A stretch of DNA of 58,880 bases from Catajapyx aquilonaris. Its lineage: Eukaryota. The stretch covers positions 1-58,880 of the forward strand of contig JYFJ02002743.1 in NCBI GenBank assembly GCA_000934665.2, read 5' to 3'. The position numbers were made by a program, and so were the translations under genes. This document shows positions 13,150 to 26,279 of this stretch, piece after piece. Under the pieces are notes generated by a model. That model ran no database searches. It had not been told where the DNA came from and saw only the letters and a program-made list of their open reading frames with translations. Each line of letters opens with the position of its first letter. Positions within the stretch are counted from its first letter, which is position 1.

Positions 13150-13625
13150 GTACTTGTTTGCCAAAAGTGTCAATAAGCGGAAATTTGCAGTCCCGAGGTT
13201 TAAAAAAAAGTACAGGCAATAACCAGGAACAGGAGTTGGAAACATCGAAATAACCAGGCAATAAAGTGCTCTAGGCCAAACACAAGGTCATCGTGCTTTG
13301 GGTATGTCGCACTAATTATTGCATTTTCGGCAAGTGCTTGGTCGTCTTCATCTGAACTGCCTGGCTTAGGAATAAGCTCGGGTATAAAGCGCCCGAGCCT
13401 GGGAACCAATGTCTGCTATATGTGACCCAGTTGAAAGGATTAAATACATTGAACAAAGCAATGCTATTTTGTCCCGACTTTTCTCTCCCGGGTCGCGGTT
13501 CTATTTTGCACGCAAATTATGCCTCGTAACATATCCCCCTGACCGCGCTGGAGCACTTTTTATGCAGGCAAACATAGTGTGGGAATGCTTGTCAAACTGC
13601 TCCAGCCATTTCCTCCACTGCTACA
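13150..13625 (-). pseudogene. Possible decayed transposon-associated coding remnant (CACTA/EnSpm accessory-like)
   Basis: Polypyrimidine + AG then QWRKWLEQFDKH..; later DDLVFGLEHFIA..YFFLNLG, loosely like the A..LF..YY.FNL.YP motif; stops and frameshifts; weak. Confidence 0.2.
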
Positions 13626-14127
13626 GAACAAAAAAAAAAATGTCTGTCCAATAAAAATAGACGCTACTAGGGTGTATATATACCAGACTTTGTAAATCTT
13701 TGATGACGTGACACTGCATAGGCACCTGTAAGCTAACCTCCATCACTTATTCACGCCATGAGAGACAAGTACAGAAAACCCCTAGTGTCACCTACCTCAC
13801 TTCAAACAGCCCCGAGGTATCTTTTAACCCTGCTGGAGCTTTTTTTTTGGGGGGGGGGGGGNGGAGGGAAGAGGAGAAAGCGGAGGAGAAAGTTGGTTTA
13901 TGTCTTTTTAATTTTCGTGCGATGTCAAAAAAAGTTGACGCTGCAGGCGAGGGAGTGGACAGGCCTTCGGAATAAATTGGACGCCAAAATATGGCCACCC
14001 GCTTTTTTTAAAAACGTGCTGAAGGATTGTTACAAGCAGTCTTGCAATGGCGATGGCTTTATTGCGAGGCTAACGACCAGAAATGTAGATAGAAACATTG
14101 GTTAGGTTAGGGTTAAACAACGCTTAA

Positions 14128-14597
14128 CCCTTAACTACGTAGGTGGAGCCTGAGAGGCTCCAATCACTATTTAAACGCATGTAACTTTTTCATTGAATTT
14201 TATTTTCCACTCTCCTTCCGTGACTTTGTCAGAAAAACCTTCCTAAGCATGAAAAGGAAGGAAAATTTTTTTTAGTCCCTATTCTTTGGTTTAAAAAAAT
14301 TCGTAATGAGGAACAGGTCCCTCTAACCACTCAGGCTATCCCTATGCAGGTGAAGCCAGAGCGGCTCAAAGTTGTTGATGTAACCTTTTAATTAAAAATT
14401 TTTTCCTGTCAGAATATGCTGACTCAGCGTGTGATTTTTACGTTTTCGGAAGCCTAATAATCTGAACTGCACTTTCTGTATGTGAAAAGTCCAATATAAC
14501 AATTTAGTTGATAAGCATAAATTTAAATATACCGTTGGAGCCTCTCAGGCTCCACCTACGTAGTTAAAGGTGTTTCGCCCACCTACGTAGTTAAGGG
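14128..14597. mobile_element. piggyBac-type MITE with duplicated right terminus
   Basis: TTAA TSD (14124-14127, 14598-14601); TIR cccttaactacgtaggtgg; longer internal TIR copy at 14535-14570. Confidence 0.9.
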
Positions 14598-14667
14598 TTA
14601 ACCAAAGTGTCAACTGGCGCCAGTACCTTATAAACAGCAACACCACCATTCAACTACTTTTCCATAT

Positions 14668-15380
14668 TGATATATCGATTATCCGAAAATGAAAATGATC
14701 GTGAAATATTAATACTAATAAAATATCGATCAGCTGGAAAACATCGACGATCAGAAACTATATCGATTATAAGAAAGAATCGACGATCAGGAAATATCTA
14801 ATATGAAAAATATCGATAATCAGGACTCGGACGATTTTGGTTCACATTGATTATCAGAAAATAATATCGATCATTTGTTATAAAACATTGATTTCAGAAC
14901 ATCGATTGTTAGAACATCGACTTCAGAACACGTCGATTTTGGTTAACATCGTTGATCCGAAAATATCAATTTTGGATAATATCGATTATAATTATCATAA
15001 CATCAGTTTTGGATAACTTCGATGATCAGAAAATGTGGCTTTTGGATGACTTCGATGATCAGAAAATATCGATTTTTAAAAACATCTACTTCAGAACATC
15101 GATTTTCACATTTCAATTTAAGATAACATCGATTATCATAAAACATCGATTATTACATTTCAATTTAAGATAACATCGAATATCATAAAACATCGATTTT
15201 AACAACATTTCAATTGAAGATAACATCGATTTTAACAACATTTCAATTGAAGATAACATCGATTTTAACAACATTTCAATTGAAGATAACATCGATTTTA
15301 ACAGCATTTCAATTGAAGATAACATCGATTATCATAAAACATCGATTCCAGATAACCTTGATATTTGAGGCCATCGATAT
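14668..15380. repeat. ATCGAT-core array ending in a 33-bp minisatellite (about 15190-15330)
   Basis: Unit gataacatcgattttaacaacatttcaattgaa; gives the MLSSIEMLLKS repeat ORF. Confidence 0.9.
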
Positions 15381-16659
15381 AACTTACCAAGAGAGCCCTG
15401 AATGCAGCCAGTCGTCCGGATCCTTTTTAGCGCAGTAATGGGTACATGATATAATTCATTTGCATCGCTCGTCGGCAGCAGAGCGAGTACAATTCATCAC
15501 AATTTTTTTCTTCTTTTCGGGGGATGGCATTATTTCCATTTGATCCCGGCGGGAGAGGCATAATCTTTTCTGTTCAGAAAATCCCGCTTTTGGCACACAC
15601 CGGTTATTGCCAACTCACCTATTCGCAGACTGGGAGGCCCCTGGATAGCCCCAGCGCCATAACATTCAAGCGCCGCCCATAATTAGGGGGGGGGGGGGGG
15701 CACTTCCAACCCACGGACTTAATCCCTGCTAGCTGCCCTCCATTTTCCACAATCGAGGGATTCTTCGCAGAGGGTGGGGGGGAGGCAACAAAAGGAGTTC
15801 TCTTTTTTTCCCCCTCCCCCCGAGCCTTCCAAACAGTCTAGTGCAAAAAAATTTACGAGGGCCATCCGTTCCTGGTTGGGAGAAAAGAGAGCATCCATCC
15901 GATGACAGGGCTAGAAATCGGTCGCCGTCGTCTCATTAAATATACGGACCTTTCTCTCTCTATGTCTCGGAGGGAACAGGGGAACAGTCCAAACTTCCAA
16001 TTCAGTAGGACCATCCCCACGGAGCTATTGGAGGGTAGGGAGCTAGACCGGGGAGGGCAAAAGTCCACCTTTGCTGAGGTCGAGGGGGATTAAAGAGTGA
16101 TTATCGCACTCAAAGTATCTGCCATTTCAAAGAAGTTGCCTTGTCAATCGGGCTCAAGCACTATGACAGCTCTTAAATAGCGTTTTGGCCCATTCACAAC
16201 TATAAATAGCGCTTAAGCACTTTCGCAGCTACTGAAAAGCGTTTAGACAGACTTGTAGCTACTAAATAATGTTTAAGCAGATTCGCAGGTACTAAAATAA
16301 TATCGTTAAGGCAATTCGTAGCCATCAACAGCATTTAGGCACATTCGCAGTTATATAATAGCGTTTAAGAAGATTCACAACTATATTGAACAGAGTCTTT
16401 TAATATAGCTGTCATCAATAGCGTTTAGGCACATTCGCAGCTATCAGTAGCGTTTAATCAGACTCTCAGTTACCAAAATATCGTATAGGTACATTCGCAG
16501 CTACTGAATAGCATTGGGGCAATTCGCTGCTATCAAATAGCACTTAGGCACACTCAAACGGCATTCCGGTTCGTATTCGTTGCAGCTACTGAATAGCGTT
16601 CAGGCAGGCTCGCAGCTATCAATAGCGTTTACGCATATTTGTAGTTACTAAGTAGTATA

Positions 16660-16991
16660 CAGTGTGTTTCAACTTTTTCGCCGGAACAGTTATCGGAAAA
16701 TTGCACGTAGCTGCTACTTTGTAAGCAGTGACTTGCAAACGGTGATTTTTCGGAGGAACGGGGAATATCCCCTGCGAATCGTTGGTTGAAGTAGCATACG
16801 TGCTGCCCGCTGAAAATTGAGGGCCATCAAGCATGGAAAAAAGAGGGTCACACATGCCATGGGATGTGTGACCCTCTTTTTCCCCATTCCCCATTCCTAC
16901 GACAAATCACAGGTTGCAAGTCACTGCTTACAAAGTAGCAGCTACGCGCAATTTTCCGATAACTGTTCGGACGAAATGTTGAAACACCCTG
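16660..16991. mobile_element. Tc1/mariner-type MITE, family C copy 2
   Basis: TIRs cagtgtgtttcaac / gttgaaacaccctg, TA flanks; reverse orientation relative to 7701-8026. Confidence 0.9.
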
Positions 16992-16995
16992 TATA

Positions 16996-17203
16996 CAGGG
17001 TGGTCCAAGTTCAAGTGTCGTTTTATAACGGCTATTAATAGAAGCGCTTAACGATGGACGTAGCAGCGACGTGTAAAATTGCCCACTTCGATTGCGCCGA
17101 AGATGCGCCGAAGTGGGACACTTTACGCGTCGCTGCTACGTCATCGCAAAATCACTGCTATTAATCGCCGTTATAAAACGACACTTGAACTTGGACCACC
17201 CTG
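16996..17203. mobile_element. Tc1/mariner-type hairpin MITE, family B copy 1
   Basis: cagggtggtccaagttcaagtgtcg.. / ..cgacacttgaacttggaccaccctg, TA TSD; four copies in the window. Confidence 0.95.
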
Positions 17204-18339
17204 TATTATTATGCATATTCGCAGCTACAGAATATCGCTTACTTTAGGCAGATTCGTAGCTGTCAATACCGTTTAAGTAGATTCGCAAGTATCAAATAGC
17301 TTATAGGCACATTCGCAAGTATCAAATAGCGTATAGGCACATTCGCATCTTATTAATAGCGCTTAGGCAGATTCGCAGCTGAAGTGAATGGTTACTAGCC
17401 AGTATCATTTAAAAATCAAGGTTATTCGATATCTCTTAGGCCAAGACAATTAATCACCATATTAATCACAGTCAATCGCTTAGAGTAAATTCTCGACGCG
17501 CTCGCAATTTTTTTTTGACATCCGATATCGAATTTTTGCCATCAAATAGCTGCTTGCAAACTGCGCTTGGTCATAAACCATCGACATTCGACATTAATAG
17601 CATTTTTATAAAATGTCGCAAATTAATGTCCGAACCAGGCTTAAATGGGGCTGTAACAGACGACACTTAGGGATAATTCCAACTAATCTCTCTTTCCTAT
17701 CCATCCGGCTGAGGGAATGAAACGGGGCAAAAGTCCAGCGAGCGGGGGCGTTTTCTGAACCCTGGGATTTATATGGCCCCCACTCCTCATTACATGTTTA
17801 CAGCCCATTAATCAAGTTTGGAATGGAGTCGGGAACAAATAGCATGCTGTGCAGCACGCCCGCATTCATTTCTTAATCGGACGGTTAAGGGGGCAGTGCT
17901 GGACATGGACTCCGCTGCTGCCCCTCGGACGATTAAGAGCTCGTGGGAATTTGTAATTATACCCTCAGCCAAGGGAAAGGTTTTAGCAAGGGAGAGGAGG
18001 TGGAGGAGGGGAGCAGCAAAATGCCAGTCTCTCGTCTCTCTCCCTTCCCCATGTCTGCTCGCTATTGCACAAATTGAATCAGTTCACACCGGAGTTGCCG
18101 ACTACAGAAAACCCTCTTTTCCAACCGGGCCCTGTTTATTCGGTTATACAAATGCGGTTTTGCCGAGTCAATCCAGCAGATGGCCTAGGGGGATTTCGGA
18201 GGACACTCCAACTCCGGTGGACTCATCAACTTCCTAGGGGAGAGCCAGTTTCCTCATCCAGTCAGGTGTCGGTGGCCCATTTGCGACCCAGTGTCTCTCT
18301 CTCTCACAAAGAGAAAATGGCCAAACAAAAAGCAGCTTT

Positions 18340-19760
18340 TCAGGTGCGACGTTATTCAGGCAAAATAGCAGATATTCAAAAGTGGCACTCATCTAGCCAA
18401 ATAACGCCTATTCACGCAGAAATGACGTTAATGTGACAGAATAGTAGCTATTCAGAAGTGATATCCGCTATTCTCGCCAAATCGTGTCTATTATTCACTG
18501 TTATCCCGACAAAACAGCGGTCAGAGTCTTGTATCTGTTTTATCACATTTTATTTTATCCAAATAAAGATATTTTATTCAAATAAAGCTATTTATCCAAA
18601 TATAACTATTTTATCCAAATATAACTATTTTATTCAAATAAAGCTATTTTATCCAAATACTGTTATCCCGACAAAACAGCGGTCAGAGTCTTGTATCTGT
18701 TTTATCACATTTTATTTTATCCAAATAAAGATATTTTATTCAAATAAAGCTATTTTATCCAAATATAACTATTTTATCCAAATATAACTATTTTATTCAA
18801 ATAAAGCTATTTTATCCAAATACTGTTATCCCGACAAAACAGCGGTCAGAGTCTTGTATCTGTTTTATCACATTTTATTTTATCCAAATAAAGATATTTT
18901 ATTCAAATAAAGCTATTTTATCCAAATATAACTATTTTATCCAAAGATATTTTATCCTAATAAAGCTATTTTACTCAAATAAATCATTTTATCCCATTTT
19001 ATTTTATCCGAAGAAAGCGATTTATCCCATTTTTATTTTATTCAAATAAAGATATTTTATCCAAATAACTGCTATTTGCTCATAAATTACGTTATTAAAC
19101 AAAACAACGGTTACGCCGATTTGACGCTATTTTAGCCAAATAGCGGCTATTCACTAAGGGCCGAATTCAGAGAGGTTGCTTAACGTAAACGCGCCCGATT
19201 AAATCCTTTAGTCATCCTCCATTAGCAAATTTAAAAGTGCTAGCAAGTGCGATTAGGGGGCGTTTAGCGCTAATCGCCGTCTTTGTATTAGCAGGTTGGT
19301 TAAATTTGCTAATCGAGGATGACTAAAGGATTTAATCGGGCGCGTTTACGTTAAGCAACCTCTCTGAATTCGGCCCCAAAATGACACGTTAATTCGTGGC
19401 AATTTAGCGGTTATCCTTAGATGTCGATATCTTAGCAATATAACGGCTATTGACTTAGGTGCGACGTTATTTATGCCAAATGACGGCTTTTTATTGGTGC
19501 GCGATTCTAGCCAAATAACGGTTACTCACTTACTGGCGACGTTATTTGTACCAAATAGAGGAGATGTTATTTAAAGCAAATAACAGCTATTGTCTCAGAA
19601 ATGGCGTGATTTCTGCCAAATGGCGGTTATTTCGCTGTTTAGCGGTTTAGCTATTTAACTGCGATGCTATTTAAGTCAAATAGCGGTTGTTCACACGGAT
19701 TTGCCGTTATTCCAGCAAAATAGCGGTTATTGACTCAGGTGTGACGCTATTCGGGCCAAA
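18340..19760. repeat. Degenerate aaatagcggttatt array including a 162-163-bp higher-order repeat (3 copies from 18498) built of 20-bp subunits
   Basis: ctgttatcccgacaaaacagcggtcagag at 18498, 18660, 18823; subunit tattttatccaaataaagc. Confidence 0.85.
19158..19376. mobile_element. PIF/Harbinger-type MITE, family E
   Basis: About 75-bp near-perfect TIRs gggccgaattcagagaggttgc..; flanks taa / caa. Confidence 0.85.
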
Positions 19761-20656
19761 TGGCGAGTCGGGTATTCCCCACACAATTTCCCAGGCCAAT
19801 TTCCCCCATTCTAAATAGTTGGGTAGTCGGCAAATCAGCGTGTTTCCCCTCCCAAAAGAGTGGGAAGCATCCCCCCAAGGCAACGTGTGTTCTCATCAAA
19901 GCGGGTATTCCCCCCCTTCCACCCATCCAAACATGGTAGGGGGGTTTAGGGTCCCGTCTGGGGGCCCAAAAGTGCAGTTGATCCCGAGTCATAATTAAAG
20001 TCTGGTTAGTCGGCGGTGGTTGGTTGAAGTGAGGTTGGCGGGTGGAGATTGGCTGAATGCAGCAGCAGCAGCAGGCACTGCTCCGAGGGATTGCCTTCTG
20101 GGGGCTGCTGGTTGGAGGTTTCTTCCGGCGAGAAAAGCCGCAGAGTCATTAATCTGGGCTTCTTTAGCAGCGGGATATGTGTTAGGTGGGCTGGAATCTC
20201 AACCTGCAAAGCTCCCTCCATCCAAGGCACACAAGGCAGGCAGGCACGCAGCTTTATTCAAACGTCGCCTCGACTCCGCTCGCCTTGACAAATCTGGCCT
20301 GTCTCCGCCCGACTTGCAACTCGCTCTGGCCCGGAAGTGCTGCCATTTTGTTGCCCCCCACCCCCCATCCCCCCATCCCCATACGCTCCCAGACCCCCAC
20401 CACTTACATCTCTCGACTCTCTGCAGCCCCCTCGTTACATGCATTTCGCAACTTCGCTTCCGACCAGCACATGTCAACGTTGACCTAGCATGACCGAGCC
20501 TTTGACTCTTCATTCAAGGCCCACCACGATAAGCCTGGTTCACCATGCGCGACACAATAGACATAGTTTCAGCCCAATAGATCGAATCGCATTATGTTCA
20601 GCACTACACTAGGCCCAGGACCATGCCGACTACACACTAGGCCTAGGACCAGGCCT

Positions 20657-20905
20657 AACTGGTGACGTCACGTCATCTCTGATTGGCTTGAGTAATTATT
20701 GTCTGTTGACGGGTCCTATGGGGGTCGTCTCTGACATCACGGTCAACTCCAATTGGCTGCAGCCAGAAGGCCTGTACTACTCCAGCCAATTGGAGTCGAC
20801 CGTGACGTCAGAACCGGCCTCTAATTCCATAGCGACGCAAGATGGCTGCCTCCATAGGACACATAGTTACTCCAGCCAATCAGAGACGACTTGACGTCAC
20901 AAGTT
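20657..20905. mobile_element. Nested inverted-repeat (MITE-like) element rich in TGACGTCA and CCAAT motifs
   Basis: Outer IR aactggtgacgtcacgtcatctctgattggct / agccaatcagagacgacttgacgtcacaagtt; inner IR tctgacatcacggtcaactccaattggctg / cagccaattggagtcgaccgtgacgtcaga; flanked by ctaggcccaggacc repeats (20610-21150). Confidence 0.65.
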
Positions 20906-22230
20906 GGAGACACTCTCACTCTAAGACTCGAGGCCTAGGACCGGGCCTAACACTAGGCCCAGGACCAGGTCCGATAGTTGACATTTGGAGCACACAGTGG
21001 TGTTTTCAATGCCCGAAGTTGCGTATCTAGGCCAGCACAATAGGCCCCTACATCAGACTGCGAGCGGTCTGGTCCGATAGCACTTGCCATAGCAGCCTAG
21101 GGAGCGTGTTTGGGTAAGTTGATTCGACTAGGCCCAGCACAATAGGCCCAGCTCGCATGAATCATGCAGCGATAGGTATCGGCGACCAGCAATTCTTGCG
21201 CCTATCGTCTAGGAGAGGCGCCATCTCAGCCGGGGCGTCTGAGCTATCTTTGCCTTAATTAAAAGGCATTAATTAGGGGAGGGAGAGATGGGGGAGGGTG
21301 GGTGCGAAGAAAGGAGAGTCTGTAGCGAGGCAACGCTAACGACCCACCTTCCACTCCAGCGCTCCACTTGAATGAAGCCATCCCACTCTATCATAACTAC
21401 TAGTGCCAGCCCATAATAATTTATCGTCTGCCAACCTCCCGACTCCCTGGTTTTCCTTTTGATTCTCCCAACGATCGCTATATGAGTGGACAACTAGCTG
21501 GATATTTCCACCCAAAAATGTCTCATGTAAGGCACACAAAAAAAAAGTTTCGGACAGATTCCACCCGCTCTAGCATTCGGGTTTGCTCGCTTCTCGCTCA
21601 CATGAGAAGAGCATAGACAGAGTTTATTAGCCTAATGAATTCTGGCGGCATGTGTTTGTAAGAAAAAGACTTTTATTCGCGGTTCCGGAAGCACGTTTTG
21701 CAAGCCGGGAATATAAAAGAAGCCGTTTTTGTTGTCTGGCCAAGAAGCGTAATGAGGGTGACGCACTGGAGAGGCAATATCTCTCTTCTAGTCTGAGGCA
21801 AAAGCGGGTCGGCGGATCCGATTGCTTTTACCCCCGTGTCAAGACTCAGGCCCGCTTCATCACCCACCGCCACACACTCAACTCGAGCTCTCTCTTTCTC
21901 TCGACACACATGCGCGCGCACTGCCTTGGACCAAAATAATATTTTGGGGGGAGTAGGACCTCGTCTGGCACTCGCTCTCAAAAGGTGGCAAAAACCTGGA
22001 TACTTCTCGCCATGTCTTTTGTTTGCTGCTTCTCTCTCTCTATCCGGAAGGATTCGAGAGATAAACTCGGGACGTGAATGAACCGGAACGTGCCGGATTG
22101 GTCCGGACCAAATCGGGAATGTCCCAGTTGAATCACATGCAAGGAACGATAGCTATTACAGTAGATCGAAATAAGTTTAAGATAACTCAAAAAATTAATT
22201 TATCGCATATACAAGTAGTATTAGCTTGGC

Positions 22231-22311
22231 TGTATCTATTTGTCCGCGGTGAGTCATCAGTAGCGTGCAAAGAGTGAGAATGCTCCATCTACATGAGGAA
22301 TGTGGTACTAC
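22231..22311 (-). repeat. Dispersed unclassified short element, family X copy 3
   Basis: Reverse complement gtagtacc..gtagatggagc..ctctttgcacgctactgatgactcaccgcggacaaatagatac matches 408-488. Confidence 0.65.
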
Positions 22312-22370
22312 GTCCACGGTCGGGGCAGAGTGTTGACGAGGTGTATATTCTCTTTAAAACATGATAAACA

Positions 22371-22800
22371 TTAATATAATATAATACAGTATTGGTACAA
22401 TATACCGTACCGTAATGTAATATGCCGTAGTATAATGTAATATAATATGCTGTAATGTAATATGCTTCCGTATAATGTAATATAATATGCTGTAGTGTAA
22501 TATGCTGTAGTATAATGTAATATGCTGTAGTATAATATATTATGCTGTAATGTAATATGATGTAGTATAATATAATATGCTGTAATGTAATGTAATATGC
22601 TGTAGTATAATATGCTGTAGTGTAATATGCTGTAGTGTAATATGCTGTAGTGTAATATGCTGTAGTATAATGTAATATGCTGTAGTATAATGTAATATGC
22701 TGTAGTATAATATAATATAATATAATATGCTGTAGTATAATATAATATAATATAATATGCTGTAGTATAATATAATAATATGCTGTAATGTAATATAATA
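22371..22800. repeat. AT-rich simple/minisatellite built of 5-bp modules
   Basis: Modules tgtag / tataa / tgtaa / tatgc. Confidence 0.9.
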
Positions 22801-23840
22801 ATTTGCAAATACGCTAAAATAAAACTGAGAAAATAAATTAATAAAAATTATTTGTTAAATAGGAACATAAATTACTTGAATGAATAAGTATGTGAACATA
22901 TCAGATGTTCTAGTTGAATGCCCTTTTACTTGAAATTCCTGATTATCAAATTAGGCGATTTCGAGGCCTGATTTGCGTGTGTGTACCACGTGCCAATCCT
23001 ATTTCAAGTAAGAAGGTCTGAAACAACACCCGTGTTGAAACCACGCAGACAGGAATTTAGGAGCAAGACCAGGCCCTTGCCTTTGGAAGGTCGCTTCCAA
23101 ACAAAAAAAAATAATTGCAATTCTTATTTTTTTTCTTTTTTGAAACAACCAAAGTATCTGGCCATGTTCCAAAATTGGGGCAACTTGTGCCCAGTACTAT
23201 GGTTAGCCTACTCGGCTGATGACGATTCGGACAAAACGTCCTCCCCCCTCTAGACCATTCTGGCCCTGAGCCAATAAAGCGGCCATCTTTGACGAGCAAG
23301 GGCATAAAACTGACAATCATAAATTTCTCTAGGATTCGCTCTATTTTTTTTTCCTTCGTACGATCCCCGAAAATTTTATTTACGCCAACTGCAAACACGT
23401 ACTCGCAACTTTTCGGGTTCAATTAGGGGCCTCGTGACACATTACCAAGTCGTAATGCTTTACCCCCTACCCCCTTTACTAGCAGTGGAAAATAAATGAA
23501 ACTGCGGCCACGACTAATCGAAACAATTTGGTTGGAGCAGCTGCCAAGTCTCAGGGACCTGCGGTTTAAGCCCCCGTAAAATCGCGTTAAAAGTTTTTTG
23601 AAACCGGTTCAAATCATAAGGAGAGAACCCCCCTAGTGCTGTAACAGCCGCTTCAGATATAATTTATCGGGAACAATTACTATATTGCTGCAGAGAGTTC
23701 GGTTCTGGAAGGAAATATCACGATCATCACTGCGAAAGATTTTTTTTTAAAATTATCGCAATACAGTAATATCTATCAAAAATGGTCTAATAACAGTCCG
23801 CAAAATTGGAATAGAGGGTGTAATTACGTACAGTAATTGA

Positions 23841-23954
23841 AGGGCTCGGGAGAAAAACATGTTAACCGCTAATGGAGTATAAAATAGTACTGAAAAAATT
23901 ACTATGATTTTTCTCGTACTCCACTGGCAGTTAACATGGTTTTCTCTCGAGACT
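23841..23954. mobile_element. Small hairpin MITE, probably PIF/Harbinger
   Basis: ctcgggagaaaaacatgttaac..tggagta / tactcca..gttaacatggttttctctcgag; tga on both flanks. Confidence 0.55.
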
Positions 23955-25733
23955 TGAAACAGAACAGTTCACAAAATTTTCCTTGTAATTCCGTTGACAC
24001 AACAATGGTGGTTCACAAATCCAACATAATTTAATTATATACATTGTTCGTAATAATTGCATTGCAATCCAACAAACTATACGCGAATTTTTTTAGATTT
24101 GTTTGCAGACATAGGTCGTGAAAAATATATATTTGCAATAAATAAACTGCTAGTTTACAGTAATTTAACAAGCCCATGTGGTACATACGGCCCCGGCTGT
24201 TCTGCTCGTAATTGCCAGCATGTGTTGTCGAAGTATAATTACAGTGTAATTACAGTAATTATCGTGTGCAGTACGTTCCGACTGGTGTCAGCATTTTAAG
24301 CACAACGCTGCACAGTTTAAAACAAATAAATTATACATTATAAATTTTAGAAGCCTCCATTAACAGGCCCACCCTTCAGCTTTCGACTCTTCTAGCAATA
24401 GAAATATATTATAAATAAATAATAAATGAAATAAGTAAATGAAATAATAAATGCTAAATAAACAGCGATAAACCTAAATGAACATATATAAATATTATTG
24501 TAATAATTAAGTGAGTGTTTCGAGCTATTTAGTGTCAAGGTGTGTTTGGGCGGCTGACCCAGAGCAGTGGGGTCCATTCGTGCCACCATCAATCCACCTG
24601 ATTGGTCCAGGCATGCCTTGGCCACGCCCCCACCACGGTTATCTTCGGCGCTACTCTTAACATGATTCGCCTCCTATATCCTCGACTGCATGGTTAATCA
24701 GACTTTCTTAAGGAAAGAATTTTCTTGGCTCTAGTTTGAAGGTGGTTGGGTGGTTGGTTGGTTGGATGATATGGATGAGGACAAGGCGGAGGAGGCCGCG
24801 CAGCCGTCATGTGATACAGATCTGCCCATTTCTCTTAGGCTTCCACCCACCCACCCAAACCCAACCCTTTAAAATTATTCCCCTCCCCCATCTCCCATCC
24901 CCCCCTCCCTCTTCCCAAACTAGGATCTCCGCGAGCAACTCCCAAACTCCAAAGCCCCGACTCGTAATTCAGTTTGCAAAGTTGCGCAAAGTAGGCAGAG
25001 CGTCATGAGACTACACCAAGCCAGCAGGAGGATACCCCCAGAAAAAGGAAAGTCTGTCCCACCCACCCATCTTAACCTTTAAAAAAGAAAGAAAATAAGA
25101 AAAAAAAAAGACATGGAGGGGATGAAAAGACGAAGGAAAGTTGGGACAGTGTCTTTTACATCAGAGCTAATTCTAACTGCAATTAAGACGCACAATTTAT
25201 CGTTAAAACCCCAGGCCTGGAGGCCAACTATAGTTGTGCAAAAACTTTTGAGGCAGTCACTGCTACTCTTTGTCGCTCCTTGCTCTAAAACCGCGCCAAG
25301 AGGCATCCTCCTCCCCCCCGACCAACTTTATCTGTGAATTATTAATGCTCGTCTCTGCTGCCTTGGAACACTGTGGAAAAGTATCGGAGGATGGAAGGAG
25401 GGAGAGAGGGAGGGAAGGATAACCCGGAGAGAGATAACCTCCCTTTCCTTCAGCCGGATTTTGGCAAATGTCAGGCAAAGTGGCGCTAACTGTACATCAT
25501 CAGATCTTGAGGCTGTGCTCTGCCTGGCCTTGTCTTCCCATCAAGTTTAGTTGGTTGCCAGAAAACAAGGCCTGCTATAGCTGCTGGAGAGAAATGTTGC
25601 TGGGGTAGACAACCCCCATGGGTCATATATACGAATCGCTGGCGCAAGTTGTTGGAAAATTTCACTTGAAAAATGGACACACGATCTCGCCATCCAACAT
25701 AAATTGCATTAATTGTCTTAATTATCATAATTA

Positions 25734-26279
25734 CACTGTACTATCAATTTTCCGGGCTAATAACTGCACGGGTGTCGCCGGATAATCGAAAAACAGGGAT
25801 AATCGAAAAATTGTCCTATAAAAACAGTAACAATGAGCTATTCAGAGATTTTCAATGAACTACTGTACATACATAATAAATGCTGCTAAATAAGGCTTAA
25901 TCAAAATAATTAAACTTATCATACATTTTAGGTTCTCTTCTGGATAAAGTCTGTTATGTACAGGGTGGACCAACTTCAAGTGTCGTTTTATAACGGCGAT
26001 TAATAGCAGTGATTTTGCGATGACGTAGCAGCGACGCGACGTGTAAAATGTCCCATTTCGGCGCCATCGAAGTGGGCCATTTTACACGTCGCTGCTACGT
26101 CATCGCAAAATCACTGCTATTAATCGCCGTTATAAAACGACACTTGAAGTTGGTCCACCCTGTATTAATTTCTTACGTTGCGAGACATATTGACATTTTT
26201 TTCGGACTTTTATTATGAATTTTATTTATTTATGGCGATGAACGGTTAATCTGAAATACGGATAATCGAGAGTACAACG
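25734..26279. mobile_element. Tc1/mariner (pogo-like) MITE, family A copy 2, with nested family B MITE
   Basis: Aligns to 1686-1997 (ccggataatcg, atgagctattc, ttgcgagacatat); TA flanks. Confidence 0.75.
25961..26162. mobile_element. Hairpin MITE, family B copy 2 (symmetric variant)
   Basis: cagggtggaccaacttcaag / cttgaagttggtccaccctg, TA TSD. Confidence 0.95.

Larger units (their letters stand above)
16160..17380. repeat. Degenerate 30-bp minisatellite interrupted by two MITEs
   Basis: Unit like aatagcgtttaggcacattcgcagctat on both sides of 16660-17203. Confidence 0.8.

Noticed and set aside
17079..17276. Recurrent ORF MPTSIAPKMRRSGT (also 35997-36215, 53237-53422)
   Set aside because: Translation of the non-coding hairpin MITE family B
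20020..20493. 157-aa ORF (and 158-aa ORF 49652-50128)
   Set aside because: Non-ATG starts, GC-rich low-complexity sequence, no recognisable domain
22371..22808. Repetitive ORFs (also 15113-15438, 18458-18787, 32271-32764, 54855-55064, 56990-57334)
   Set aside because: Products of mini/microsatellites
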